NCBI GenBank assembly: GCA_903866625.1
Contig: CAIPOI010000006.1
Location: forward strand, 43,624 to 107,623
Reading direction: 5' to 3'
Source of the DNA: an uncultured archaeon
GTDB lineage: Archaea > Nanobdellota > Nanobdellia > Pacearchaeales > GW2011-AR1
Length of the DNA stretch: 64,000 bases
Notes under the pieces: generated by a model
The model's database searches: none
What the model was told of the DNA's origin: nothing
The model's input: the letters and a program-made list of their open reading frames with translations, nothing else
Shown here: one piece after another, positions 54,262 to 63,544 of the stretch
Position numbering within the stretch: the stretch's first letter is position 1
Layout of the letters: every line of letters begins with the position of its first letter
Translations under genes and position numbers: made by a program

Positions 54262-54618
54262 ATGGCAAGCAAGACACAAATCAATGCAAATATGAAAAGA
54301 AAAACTAATACAGTATTAGCACAAGCAATTTTCATCGCTAAAAAGAATAATCTTTTAGATATTGCTGGAAAACTTTCTTTACCTACTAGAAAGCAAGCGG
54401 CTGTGAATTTAGATAAGATAAGCGGTTCAAAATCTGAAGTAGTTATTATTCCTGGAAAGGTTTTAAGTGGTGGAGAAATAACAAGAAAATGTAAGGTTTA
54501 CGCTATGAACTTTTCAAAAACAGCCGAAGAAAAATTAAAAAAAGCCGGTTGTGAAACAAAAAAATTAATTCAAGTTCTTAAAGAAAATAAAAAATTAACA
54601 GGAGAAATAATTGCTTAA
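54262..54618 (+). CDS. rpl18e: 50S ribosomal protein eL18
   Basis: KTN, P.R....VNL.KI, PGKVL..G and FS..A..K...AG motifs. Confidence 0.93.
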   Translation: MASKTQINANMKRKTNTVLAQAIFIAKKNNLLDIAGKLSLPTRKQAAVNLDKISGSKSEVVIIPGKVLSGGEITRKCKVYAMNFSKTAEEKLKKAGCETKKLIQVLKENKKLTGEIIA

Positions 54619-54619
54619 A

Positions 54620-55030
54620 ATGACAGAGAAAATATTTGTTGATGCTGAAAATTCTATTCTTGGAAGACTAAACAGCTTTGTAGCAAAACAGGCTTTGCTT
54701 GGAAAAGAAGTTGCAATTCTAAATGCTGAAAAAGCAATTATAAGTGGAAATAAAGAAACAAATATTGCTAAGATAAAATTGAGACGCTCTATAAATAGCA
54801 TGAAGCCAAGAAAAGGTCCTTTCTTTTCAAAAGATCCAGAAAAAATTATGAAGCGAGCAATTCGTGGAATGCTTCCTGATTGGAGAAATGGAAGAGGAAA
54901 AGAAGCATTAAAGAGAATAAAATGTTATGTAGGAATACCTGCAGAATTCGCAAAAGAAAAATTAATGAAAGTTAAAACAAATAAACCTGCAAAAACTATG
55001 ACAGTTCAACAATTAAGTGATACTGCTTAA
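54620..55030 (+). CDS. rpl13: 50S ribosomal protein uL13
   Basis: DA....LGRL, NAEKAIISG, GP and IRGMLP motifs; ATG at 54620. Confidence 0.95.
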   Translation: MTEKIFVDAENSILGRLNSFVAKQALLGKEVAILNAEKAIISGNKETNIAKIKLRRSINSMKPRKGPFFSKDPEKIMKRAIRGMLPDWRNGRGKEALKRIKCYVGIPAEFAKEKLMKVKTNKPAKTMTVQQLSDTA

Positions 55031-55034
55031 AAAA

Positions 55035-55460
55035 ATGGAAACTTTAAGATTAATCAAACCAACATTTATTGCTTCTGGAAAAAGAAAAACTGCAATAGCT
55101 AAAGCAACAATAAGAGAAGGTTCTGGAAAAGTTACAATAAATAAGATACCCTATGAGAATTTACCTTCAATGTTTCATAGATTAATGATAAAAGAACCAT
55201 TAGAAATTGCTAAAACTACTTTGGGTGAATTAAAGTTTGACATCTCTGTTACAGTTAGAGGAAGTGGAAATGAATCTCAAATTGAAGCTTCAAGGCTTGC
55301 TATTGCAAAAGCAATTATTCAATATACAAAATCTATAGAGCTAAAAAGAGCTTATGTAGAGTATGATAGAAACTTGCTTGTTGCGGATACAAGAAGAAAA
55401 GAACCTTACAAACCTGGAGATTCTAAAGCTAGAAGCAAGAGACAGAAATCTTATCGTTAA
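55035..55460 (+). CDS. rps9: 30S ribosomal protein uS9
   Basis: SGKRKTAIA, YDR.LLV.D.R.KE and QKSYR motifs; ATG at 55035. Confidence 0.96.
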   Translation: METLRLIKPTFIASGKRKTAIAKATIREGSGKVTINKIPYENLPSMFHRLMIKEPLEIAKTTLGELKFDISVTVRGSGNESQIEASRLAIAKAIIQYTKSIELKRAYVEYDRNLLVADTRRKEPYKPGDSKARSKRQKSYR

Positions 55461-55492
55461 TTTAATAAAGATAATTCTAATAGTTAATCTTG

Positions 55493-55861
55493 ATGAAAGT
55501 ACTCTCTTTAAAACAACCTTTTGCAGAATTAATTCTTGCAGGTAAAAAGAAGATTGAGCTACGCAAATGGAATACTAAATTTCGTGGCGAATTTTTAATT
55601 CACGCTTCTAAAACTCCAGATTCAAATGCTATGAAAAGATTTGGTTTTGATAATTTGCCCTGCGGTTTTATATTGGGTAAGGTAAATCTTGTGGAGGTGA
55701 AGCATTATGAAAATGCTGAAGAACACTCTAAAGATAAAGAATTACATCTTGCCAATGACTCTTGGGGAGATTATGGTTTTGTTTTAGAGAATCCTGTAAG
55801 AATAACACCGATTCCTGCACACGGTAAATTGGGCTTTTGGGAATTTAATCTGAAAATCTAA
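55493..55861 (+). CDS. ASCH-domain protein (ASC-1-like)
   Basis: LSLKQPFA..I..G.K..ELR.W, IHAS and G.LGFW motifs. Confidence 0.9.
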   Translation: MKVLSLKQPFAELILAGKKKIELRKWNTKFRGEFLIHASKTPDSNAMKRFGFDNLPCGFILGKVNLVEVKHYENAEEHSKDKELHLANDSWGDYGFVLENPVRITPIPAHGKLGFWEFNLKI

Positions 55862-56376
55862 GACTGACCAAATCCATTCATAATTCTTCTTAATTCTTGA
55901 TCTTGAAATCTTGTATCTAGACATTTAACCATAACTACGTCTTTTTTATTTGGATCGTAAAGGTTCTGAGAAAAGAGAGAAGTATACCCCAAAAAAGTCA
56001 TCAAATCTATTATCTCTGTCTGATCTTCTCGAGCATCGCACATTAATAGATCATAGTTTCCTGCTTGTTCAACTTCTGCCTGGCGCAACATAAAATGAGC
56101 AAAACGTCTTCCTCTTATATCGGGATGAACTCGAATATTCTTTATTTCTCTTACTCTTGATAGCTGTTTATGAGGTTGCCAGACTACATCTCCAACCACC
56201 CTCGAACCACTTGTAGCAATAATTCCCTGCTTATAACCTAAAGATAGTTCAGATTCTGCTCTTTGAACCCAATCGCCATAATTCGGATAACCTAAATCTT
56301 GCTTATGAAGAAAGTCTATTGCTGCACGAACATCACTCATACTCTCTATTGAATGAAAATTAAAATTAAAAGGCAT
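55858..56376 (-). CDS. GNAT-family acetyltransferase
   Basis: EIKNIRVHPDIRGRRFA (motif A); C-terminal LGY. Confidence 0.82.
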   Translation of the reverse strand: MPFNFNFHSIESMSDVRAAIDFLHKQDLGYPNYGDWVQRAESELSLGYKQGIIATSGSRVVGDVVWQPHKQLSRVREIKNIRVHPDIRGRRFAHFMLRQAEVEQAGNYDLLMCDAREDQTEIIDLMTFLGYTSLFSQNLYDPNKKDVVMVKCLDTRFQDQELRRIMNGFGQS

Positions 56377-56426
56377 AAAAAATTATTATTTTAAAACATT
56401 ATAAAGATTATTGTTATCTAAACTAA

Positions 56427-57026
56427 CTATTTCTCTTCAACAGCTTTCTTGCTCTTTAAAAATTCAAATCTCTTTTGAACATCATTGAATAATTCTATTG
56501 GAACTATTGCTTGATGAGAACCCTGAGAAATTTGGTTTGCAAACTTAATTTTACCAATATAGGTAAAATTATGCAATATCTTTTTTATTCCGTTCACCGA
56601 AATTCCATATATTTTAGAGATTTGATTCAAACTCTTGCCATCTAAGAACTCTTTAAAGATTAATCTAACATTTTCTGCTTCTTCATTAGGAATTAATTTT
56701 CCATCAACAACATTATAGCCATAAGCAGGTCTTGCCATAAGATTTCCCTGCTTGGCTTTGGTTATCATACCATGTTTATGAATATCATGAGAAGCCCTAT
56801 TAACATTATACTTCCTAAAAGTTTCGAGTTGTTGCCAAGAAACTTTTTCGCATATATAACTTTCAAATTCTTCGTTGTTTTCTGGAGCAAAAACATTGCA
56901 AACCTTGCATAAAACTTTTTTAAAATCTCTATTTATCTCAAGACCCTGACCAAGTGGAGAATAATACCCGCATTTTGCACATTTGAAACCTGCTTGCTCA
57001 AATAGTTGTTTTTGTTGTGGTTCCAT
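56427..57026 (-). CDS. Recombinase-domain (large serine recombinase DNA-binding) protein with N-terminal zinc finger, no catalytic domain
   Basis: PAYGY, VRLIF, ILHN..YIG and H.AIV..ELF..VQ motifs; N-terminal CAKCG...CKVC. Confidence 0.8.
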   Translation of the reverse strand: MEPQQKQLFEQAGFKCAKCGYYSPLGQGLEINRDFKKVLCKVCNVFAPENNEEFESYICEKVSWQQLETFRKYNVNRASHDIHKHGMITKAKQGNLMARPAYGYNVVDGKLIPNEEAENVRLIFKEFLDGKSLNQISKIYGISVNGIKKILHNFTYIGKIKFANQISQGSHQAIVPIELFNDVQKRFEFLKSKKAVEEK

Positions 57027-57027
57027 C

Positions 57028-57813
57028 TTACATCCCCCCTAATAATTTTTTCATTTTTATAGCGTCTTCTAATGGTTGAGGAGATTCATTTATTATTGAA
57101 ATCTCCATATTAAGCTCATTTAGATAACTAAATAGTTCTTTTATATCTTTTTCTTGAGTTATTAGGTGTTTTCTTTCACCTTTGCTTGTGTATTCTATTC
57201 CGGAAAAATGAGCGTGTATTTTCTTTAAACCAGAATCTTTTAATTTTTTAATTATAGAAGGATAGTCTATGTTTCCATTATATCTTGCCTTGAGATGAGC
57301 AAAATCTACACAAATACTACAACCTAACTCCTTGGAAAGTTTAAGGGTTTCATCTAAATCTCCAAATGCAGTCGCCTTGCCGGTTGTTTCTGGAGCTAAA
57401 ATATGAAAATCTAAATTTTTTTCTTGGGCTTCTTTCTTTAGCTTTCCAAGTTGTTCTTTAATCTTATTATAAGTATCTTCTTTGCTGGATTTTAGATAAA
57501 ATCCCGGGTGAAAAACTACAAAGTTTGCACCCACATATTTTGCAACTTCTAAGGATTTGAGTATTCTGGAACGAGAAGCTCCAACTTTTTTAGCATCTTC
57601 TGAGTTTAGGTTGATAAAATAAGGTGCGTGTATGCTTAATCTTAAACCAAGAGTTTTGTTTAGTTCCTTAATTTTCTCTGCTTGCTCCTTAGTTAACCAA
57701 ATACCATAAGTAAATTCTAGCTCAACTCCATCTACGCCTGCTTGTTTTAGTTTCTTAAAATTTTCAAGTTCTGCTCCGCCAGTTCCTGCTGGACCTATGA
57801 ATATTTTTGCCAT
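57028..57813 (-). CDS. nfo: Endonuclease IV (AP endonuclease family 2)
   Basis: HAPYFINL, FHPG, ETTGK, DFAH, HFSGI and ESP motifs. Confidence 0.92.
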   Translation of the reverse strand: MAKIFIGPAGTGGAELENFKKLKQAGVDGVELEFTYGIWLTKEQAEKIKELNKTLGLRLSIHAPYFINLNSEDAKKVGASRSRILKSLEVAKYVGANFVVFHPGFYLKSSKEDTYNKIKEQLGKLKKEAQEKNLDFHILAPETTGKATAFGDLDETLKLSKELGCSICVDFAHLKARYNGNIDYPSIIKKLKDSGLKKIHAHFSGIEYTSKGERKHLITQEKDIKELFSYLNELNMEISIINESPQPLEDAIKMKKLLGGM

Positions 57814-57880
57814 CTTTTTGTTTAGCTTATCTTTACTTATATTTCACAAGCTTTTTATATCCTGCGAATAATCACATAGT

Positions 57881-58243
57881 ATGACAAATCAAAAAGAAGT
57901 TTACAAATGTGAAATATGTGGAAATATCGTTGAAGTGGTTCATGAAGGCGGAGGAGAGCTTGTTTGTTGTGGTCAACCGATGAAGTTAATGAAAGAAAAC
58001 ACTATGGAAGCAAGTACTGAAAAACACATTCCAATAATAAAGGGTAAGAAAGTTATTGTAGGTTCTGTAGCCCATCCCATGGAAGAAAAACACTACATAG
58101 AATGGATAGAAGCAACAAGCGAGAGCGGAGAGGTTGCAAAAGTATTCTTAAAACCAAGAGACAAACCTGAAGCAACATTTAGTTTTAAGCCAATTCTTGC
58201 TCGAACTTATTGTAATCTTCATGGCTTATGGAAGAGTAATTAA
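57881..58243 (+). CDS. dfx: Desulfoferrodoxin (2Fe superoxide reductase)
   Basis: CEICGN...CCG, EKHIP, HPM...H.IEWI and CNLHGLW motifs. Confidence 0.95.
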   Translation: MTNQKEVYKCEICGNIVEVVHEGGGELVCCGQPMKLMKENTMEASTEKHIPIIKGKKVIVGSVAHPMEEKHYIEWIEATSESGEVAKVFLKPRDKPEATFSFKPILARTYCNLHGLWKSN

Positions 58244-58295
58244 TTGACTTAGTATCTCTAATAAAATTTATATACATCAATTTCTTAAGATTTCT

Positions 58296-58778
58296 ATGAA
58301 TAAAAAGAGGTTGGAAAGTTTAAGAAAGAGTGAAATACTTACCTGGTGCTTCTTATGGGTATTTTTAACTGCTGGAATTGGAATTATATTTACTTCTGTA
58401 AATTCAAGAAGTTTATGGTATTATGCAATTAAGCCGGCTATTGCTCCTCCCAATTGGGTTTTTGGAATAGTCTGGACAGTTTTATTTGCTTTGATTGCGG
58501 TTTCAATGTATAAATCTTGGATAAACTCTTCTGAAAAACAAAAGAGAAAAGTAGCTTGGTTATTTGGGATAAATCTTGTATTAAACATGGCTTGGCCTTT
58601 CTTTTTCTTTTTTTTACGAAATCCATTATGGGCTTTTTATGAGATTATTCTTGTTTGGATTTCAATTCTGATATTAATCATTGGAATTTGGAAAATAAGC
58701 AAAACTTCTGCGACATTATTAATACCTTATTTAGTTTGGGTAAGTTTTGCTGCTTTAATAAATCTTTTAGCAATTTAA
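58296..58778 (+). CDS. TspO/MBR family tryptophan-rich sensory protein
   Basis: WY..KP..PP.WVF..VW, LN.AW...FF and PYLVWVSFA motifs. Confidence 0.92.
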   Translation: MNKKRLESLRKSEILTWCFLWVFLTAGIGIIFTSVNSRSLWYYAIKPAIAPPNWVFGIVWTVLFALIAVSMYKSWINSSEKQKRKVAWLFGINLVLNMAWPFFFFFLRNPLWAFYEIILVWISILILIIGIWKISKTSATLLIPYLVWVSFAALINLLAI

Positions 58779-58803
58779 AAAATCTATAGTTATTATTCTA
58801 AAA

Positions 58804-60339
58804 CTATCGTATGGCTGTTGAAAGAAGTATATTTTCTCCGAGAGCAATTGAACTTGGATCATCATAGCCCAATCCATAAGGATTAGATGCAAGCTCCCAA
58901 CCACCTTGCAAACCATAGGGACTATAGATAACTGCAGGATGGTTTTTTATTATTACTTCTTCGATTTTAGGGTCAATCAGGGATTTTCCAAGCTGAGCTT
59001 CTAAGGCTTTAGTTATTCCTACTGCATTGATTTTATTTGGGAGTGTATAAAGTGGATCTGAAGATTTAACAGTATTAAAAGAAAATTCAGGTAAAACTTT
59101 TTGCATTTCTCTTCTAAATGCACCATCAAAAGCGGCTCTTCCGCAACAAGCTTCTGCAACTAAAGTTCCGCCATTAAGCAAATATTTTCTTAAATTTTCT
59201 ATTTCTTGCTTCTTTAAAACAAAATTTTCATGGCCAGTCATATATAAAACTGGAGAGTCAAAAATTCTCGAGTCTGCTAAGGTTCTTTCATTCAAGGAAT
59301 ATTTTACAGGTATATCTGTTTTTTGATTAAATTGATGAAGTAACATAGAAAGACCTTTATGTCTGGTTTTCCATTCTCCATCATAGACAATTTGAGTTAA
59401 ACCTATTTTTCCTGCAGTGATATTATTTGCATCGGTTAAAGAAAGTGCGTGCGCTACTCCTTTTTGCCAAGCTCTTTGTGCAGTAGAATAAGCCGTAATA
59501 TTAATTCCTAATTTTTGCGCAGATTCAGGCATAAAAACTCTGTCTATTTCTCGGATATTCTCATTAGCAAAACCCGCATCTAACCCTCTTTCAGGGATTA
59601 TAATTGCTGTCCTGCAATTTAAAGTAGCTCCTTGAACTTTTGGAGCTTCTGCAGCAGGCTTATAAGGATTTCCTATGCTTACTGCGACAGTTTCTAGATC
59701 ATAATAAGCGTGAAGCAAAGGATGATCTGGAGAAAGTCTTGAAACATTTACTTCTGGAAAGATTATTTTTGCTAACTGAACTGCAGAATCATAAGCAGGT
59801 TTTGAACCTCTCCCAGGATTCATAACCAAAGTTCCTCCATTGATTAAATATTCTCTAAGAATTTTTGTTTCTCTTTCGGTTAAATCAAATCTATAGTGCC
59901 TTGACCAAATTAATATTGGATTTTTTTCAGGATTAACATCTAACTCAGAAATGCTTTTAACTTCTGCAGAATAGTTTACATTCATCAAACTTTTCATGCC
60001 CTTTAATAACCCATTTACTGCATTTGGAGTTTCTAAATCTAAATTAGAGTCCTGATTTATTCGAGTCATGAGAACTGGAGGATTCGGAGGATTTTTTTTC
60101 TCGCTTCTTGCCATTGGTGCAGCAGGAGGACCGGGATAGGGGATATAGGTTTCTGCAGAAGCTATATGTGAAGGTGGTGGTGGAGGAGCATTTCTTGGAG
60201 GAGGAGGAATAAATCCTGGCTCATCCTGATTGGATCTCACAATATTTTCAAGGTTTCCTGCTTGGGAAAAGCTTGGAGAAAATAACAATCCTAAGGAAGC
60301 AGCTAAAGCTAATACTCCTCTTTTTAGGTGATTTTTCAT
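58804..60339 (-). CDS. Secreted protein with Pro-rich linker and two tandem DUF4159-like domains
   Basis: Signal peptide; two copies of P..Y/W..H..F.L...E...LR.YL.NGGTL....G...FD and a final A..LG.NI. Confidence 0.75.
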   Translation of the reverse strand: MKNHLKRGVLALAASLGLLFSPSFSQAGNLENIVRSNQDEPGFIPPPPRNAPPPPPSHIASAETYIPYPGPPAAPMARSEKKNPPNPPVLMTRINQDSNLDLETPNAVNGLLKGMKSLMNVNYSAEVKSISELDVNPEKNPILIWSRHYRFDLTERETKILREYLINGGTLVMNPGRGSKPAYDSAVQLAKIIFPEVNVSRLSPDHPLLHAYYDLETVAVSIGNPYKPAAEAPKVQGATLNCRTAIIIPERGLDAGFANENIREIDRVFMPESAQKLGINITAYSTAQRAWQKGVAHALSLTDANNITAGKIGLTQIVYDGEWKTRHKGLSMLLHQFNQKTDIPVKYSLNERTLADSRIFDSPVLYMTGHENFVLKKQEIENLRKYLLNGGTLVAEACCGRAAFDGAFRREMQKVLPEFSFNTVKSSDPLYTLPNKINAVGITKALEAQLGKSLIDPKIEEVIIKNHPAVIYSPYGLQGGWELASNPYGLGYDDPSSIALGENILLSTAIR

Positions 60340-60427
60340 ATTAATTAGAATAGTTAAGAATATATAAGTTTTTTCATTTGTAATAAAGTATAGAAAAGGT
60401 TTTATATTAAGAAAATAAATTCTAACT

Positions 60428-60703
60428 ATGCCAAATCAACCGCTCGAGAACAGAAGTGAAGCAGATAGATTATTTGAAAGGTTGGATAGTCTTGGGGAAG
60501 GTTATTTCTGGAAATCTATGATACCTGGATTTGCAAGTTATTTTGAGTATGCCCTAGATAGAGTTATGAAGAAGACTGGGCAAAAAAGACCGGGGGTAAT
60601 GGATTGGACTATCGCAGTTGGAGGAGATTTAATAAAGTTCGGAGTTTATTCTTGGGTAATTTCAAGTTTTGCAAAAAGCGTGGCTCAATCTTGGTATAAT
60701 TAA
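60428..60703 (+). CDS. Hypothetical protein
   Basis: 91-aa ATG ORF with TTTTATAT upstream. Confidence 0.6.
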   Translation: MPNQPLENRSEADRLFERLDSLGEGYFWKSMIPGFASYFEYALDRVMKKTGQKRPGVMDWTIAVGGDLIKFGVYSWVISSFAKSVAQSWYN

Positions 60704-60718
60704 GAGAAGAAAAAAAGA

Positions 60719-61339
60719 TTAATCGTATCTTAGTTGTTTAATACAGAATTCTTTAAGCTTTCTTGCTTCTTCGTTATGAGAATTTCTATCTAAAATCTTT
60801 GAAAGATATTTGTTGGCTTCTTCCCACTTTCTTAAACTTAAAGAGAGTTTAGCCTTAGTTAACCATAGATTCTCAATTCCTGGCGCAGTTTCAGGAGTAT
60901 TTACCAACATTCCAGAAAGTAAAGCATTTGCTTCAGGCATTCTCTTTTGCTTAATTAAAAATTCTATTTTGTTTGGCAAAAGCTTATTTCCTGCAGAATC
61001 ATAGACTCGATTAACTAAATCCATTCTTTGATTAGCCTCAAGAATTTTTATAAGTTCATACATTTCTTTAGGAGTATAATCAACCGGGTCGTGTTTTAAA
61101 GGCCAAAGTTCTATAACTTTTTCAAAATCTCCCATCTTCAAATAACAATCAATTATCTTCTTAGTTATATGTCTATAACTTTTTGCAGGTTTATTTGGAT
61201 AGATAACAGATATAACTTTTTCATATTCAGCAATAGCTCCTGCAAAATCTCCATTAGCTTCAAACTCTTGAGCCTTAGCAATATAATCTATGTCCCAAGG
61301 ATGTACTTCTTTTTTCTTGATTAAACCAAATAATGCCAT
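60719..61339 (-). CDS. Tetratricopeptide-repeat protein
   Basis: A......GDF..AI..YEK and A...L.LRKWEEA..YL.K.L...N.EA repeats. Confidence 0.75.
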   Translation of the reverse strand: MALFGLIKKKEVHPWDIDYIAKAQEFEANGDFAGAIAEYEKVISVIYPNKPAKSYRHITKKIIDCYLKMGDFEKVIELWPLKHDPVDYTPKEMYELIKILEANQRMDLVNRVYDSAGNKLLPNKIEFLIKQKRMPEANALLSGMLVNTPETAPGIENLWLTKAKLSLSLRKWEEANKYLSKILDRNSHNEEARKLKEFCIKQLRYD

Positions 61340-61443
61340 GATTTTTTATGCCTACTAGACTATAAAAACTTAATTTTAGTGCAAAATATAGATTGTTTAA
61401 CATTAGTTAGGTTTTTATAGCATTTTTTATTCTTAAAAATGAA

Positions 61444-61821
61444 ATGGAAATTAAAGATGAGAAAACTTATCTTAAAGAATTAATTGAAGAGCTTAAAGAA
61501 TTTTTAACTTCTGATGATGAAAGAAAGATAGAGTTAACTCAGAATCTTTCTAAGGAATTTTTAGTAGAAGAAGGTTTAGAATTTTCAGATAGAACTAAAG
61601 AAATTTCCACTAATCTTGAAACTTTAAAATACTATGAAGAAGATACAGAAGGCTATTATTATCTTGCTAAAACTTTGTTAGAGGAAGCTGAAGAACAGTT
61701 AAGCATATTAAGTCCGGAAGAAGAAAGAGAACAAGAGCAGATAGAAGAGCAGGATGAGGCTGAAAAAGAGTTGGAAGATGAGGAAGACAGTGATTATGAA
61801 GAAAAGTTTGTAGTTGGATAA
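61444..61821 (+). CDS. Highly acidic hypothetical protein
   Basis: 125-aa ORF, very Glu/Asp-rich. Confidence 0.65.
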   Translation: MEIKDEKTYLKELIEELKEFLTSDDERKIELTQNLSKEFLVEEGLEFSDRTKEISTNLETLKYYEEDTEGYYYLAKTLLEEAEEQLSILSPEEEREQEQIEEQDEAEKELEDEEDSDYEEKFVVG

Positions 61822-61888
61822 AAGTAAAATTCTTTAGCGGGTTTTTAGAATAGCATAGGTTTATAAGGCTACTTTAAGCACTATTAGT

Positions 61889-62284
61889 ATGGCAGATTTT
61901 AGAAGAGACAATAGAAGATTTGACAGAGGAGAAAGAAGAGGTTTTGATAGAGATAACTCTCGAGGCAGATTTGGAGATAGAAGAGGACCAAGAAGAGATA
62001 GAAATGGTAAACTCCCAATGGTAGATGCTGTTTGTGATAAATGTGGAAAAGATTGTCAGCTTCCATTTAAACCAACAGAAGGTAAGCCTGTTTTCTGTAG
62101 TGAATGTTTTGAGAAAAAAGGTAATTCTAGAGGAAGTTTTGGTGGAAGAAATAGTTCAAGTTCTGGCGGAATAAGCAAAGAACAATTTGATGAACTTAAT
62201 ATAAAACTTGATAAAATTCTTGGAATTTTAGAAATGATTGAGTTTGAAGACGAAGAAGAAGCTGAAGAAGAGAGTGAAGAGTAA
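61889..62284 (+). CDS. CxxC-x17-CxxC zinc-ribbon protein with RG-rich N-terminus
   Basis: CDKCG...LPFKPTEGKPVFCSECF; RG/FDR repeats and acidic tail. Confidence 0.88.
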   Translation: MADFRRDNRRFDRGERRGFDRDNSRGRFGDRRGPRRDRNGKLPMVDAVCDKCGKDCQLPFKPTEGKPVFCSECFEKKGNSRGSFGGRNSSSSGGISKEQFDELNIKLDKILGILEMIEFEDEEEAEEESEE

Positions 62285-62322
62285 AAGCTTAAATATCTCA
62301 AAATTCTATATAAACAGTTAAT

Positions 62323-62781
62323 ATGAAGAGGACTAGTAAAATAGAAACTCTAGTAAGAATAATTCTCAGTGCCTGCGCAGCAGCAGGAATATGGGCCTTA
62401 GTTAAGGCAGATGCAGCAGAACCAAAAAAGCTTGGAGTAGAAAAAACAGACATAACAGGAGAGTGGAATCTTCCAGGTTATTATTGTGAGAACCCAACAA
62501 ATAATGTTAGAGAATATTGGGGCTGGGGAACTTATAATATTACAAATAATCAAGGCAAAGTAAGTGGAAGTTTTAAGAGTGAAAGTTATGATCTTGGGTA
62601 TAAAGTTGAAGGAACTCAGGAAGGAAAAAAAGTTATTCTTAAGACAAGTAGAGCAGATGGAGTTAATTCAAACTCTTGGATTTATCGGGGAGTCTTAAGT
62701 GATGATAACACTATTTTTATTGGGCCCGGTGCGTTTCCTGAACTCAGAAAACTTCATAGAAAAAATAAGAAAGTATTATAA
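62323..62781 (+). CDS. Secreted/membrane-anchored hypothetical protein
   Basis: N-terminal hydrophobic segment; DITGEW start of a beta-rich domain. Confidence 0.6.
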   Translation: MKRTSKIETLVRIILSACAAAGIWALVKADAAEPKKLGVEKTDITGEWNLPGYYCENPTNNVREYWGWGTYNITNNQGKVSGSFKSESYDLGYKVEGTQEGKKVILKTSRADGVNSNSWIYRGVLSDDNTIFIGPGAFPELRKLHRKNKKVL

Positions 62782-62813
62782 ATTCAAGAAAACCTATTTA
62801 ATAGAGGTGTAAA

Positions 62814-63032
62814 ATGGCAAAAAACAAAAAAGAAAGTTGTGAATGTGAAAATGTATGCAGTTGTCACAAGTGGCATCATAAAGCTTGTGGTGGAAGTATC
62901 TATGGCTTAGGTTTTATTGGAGCTTTAGTTTTCTATATTCAGCAAGCAACAAGTTTTGGAACTGGTTTGTTAGGAATTTTAAAAGCTCTGGTTTGGCCTG
63001 CGATGTTAGTTTTCAAACTTCTTGGATTATAA
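62814..63032 (+). CDS. Small membrane protein with Cys/His-rich N-terminus
   Basis: CECENVCSCHKWHH followed by YGLGFIGA...LKALVWPA TM segments. Confidence 0.75.
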   Translation: MAKNKKESCECENVCSCHKWHHKACGGSIYGLGFIGALVFYIQQATSFGTGLLGILKALVWPAMLVFKLLGL

Positions 63033-63097
63033 TCCCTTTAGTTTTTATTATTTTATTTTTTAGTTAGGTTTTTAATCTTGCTTTGAAGTAAGAATTT

Positions 63098-63487
63098 ATG
63101 GAGTTTGATTCAGAAGGAAGAATAATTCTTCCAGCAGGAATGCAGGAAGAAAGAGAAAAAGAAAATAATTCTCTTATTCTAACAAAGATACAAGTTAACC
63201 TTACGAGCCCGGCTATTGCTCAGTTAAAAATTGAGATTGGTAGTAAAGTAAATACAGATAGAGTAAGTCTTATCAGAGAAATTGTGGCTTTTTCAGAGTT
63301 TTATGCAAAATCTAATTTTAGGGCAGTTGATTCAGAAGTAATTGCAGTTGATGGCAAGAGTGTTATTATTGAAGCAAAAAGCAGTTTACTAATGTATTCT
63401 ATGCTTAATCAGCTCACCGCAGATTTAAGAGATAGATATAGTTCAAAGGGTTTTAGAGTAGTTGTGAAGGGCGGGTTTGAAAGATAA
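63098..63487 (+). CDS. Hypothetical protein
   Basis: 129-aa ATG ORF with TATA-like TTTTTAAT upstream. Confidence 0.65.
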   Translation: MEFDSEGRIILPAGMQEEREKENNSLILTKIQVNLTSPAIAQLKIEIGSKVNTDRVSLIREIVAFSEFYAKSNFRAVDSEVIAVDGKSVIIEAKSSLLMYSMLNQLTADLRDRYSSKGFRVVVKGGFER

Positions 63488-63544
63488 TTTTTAGTAAAAA
63501 TCAACTATAATAATACTTATAAATCTGAATATTTTCAGATTTAT

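Noticed and set aside
56427-57026. Active integrase marking a provirus or integrated element
   Set aside because: No catalytic domain, no att-like repeats noticed, and no viral or plasmid genes nearby.
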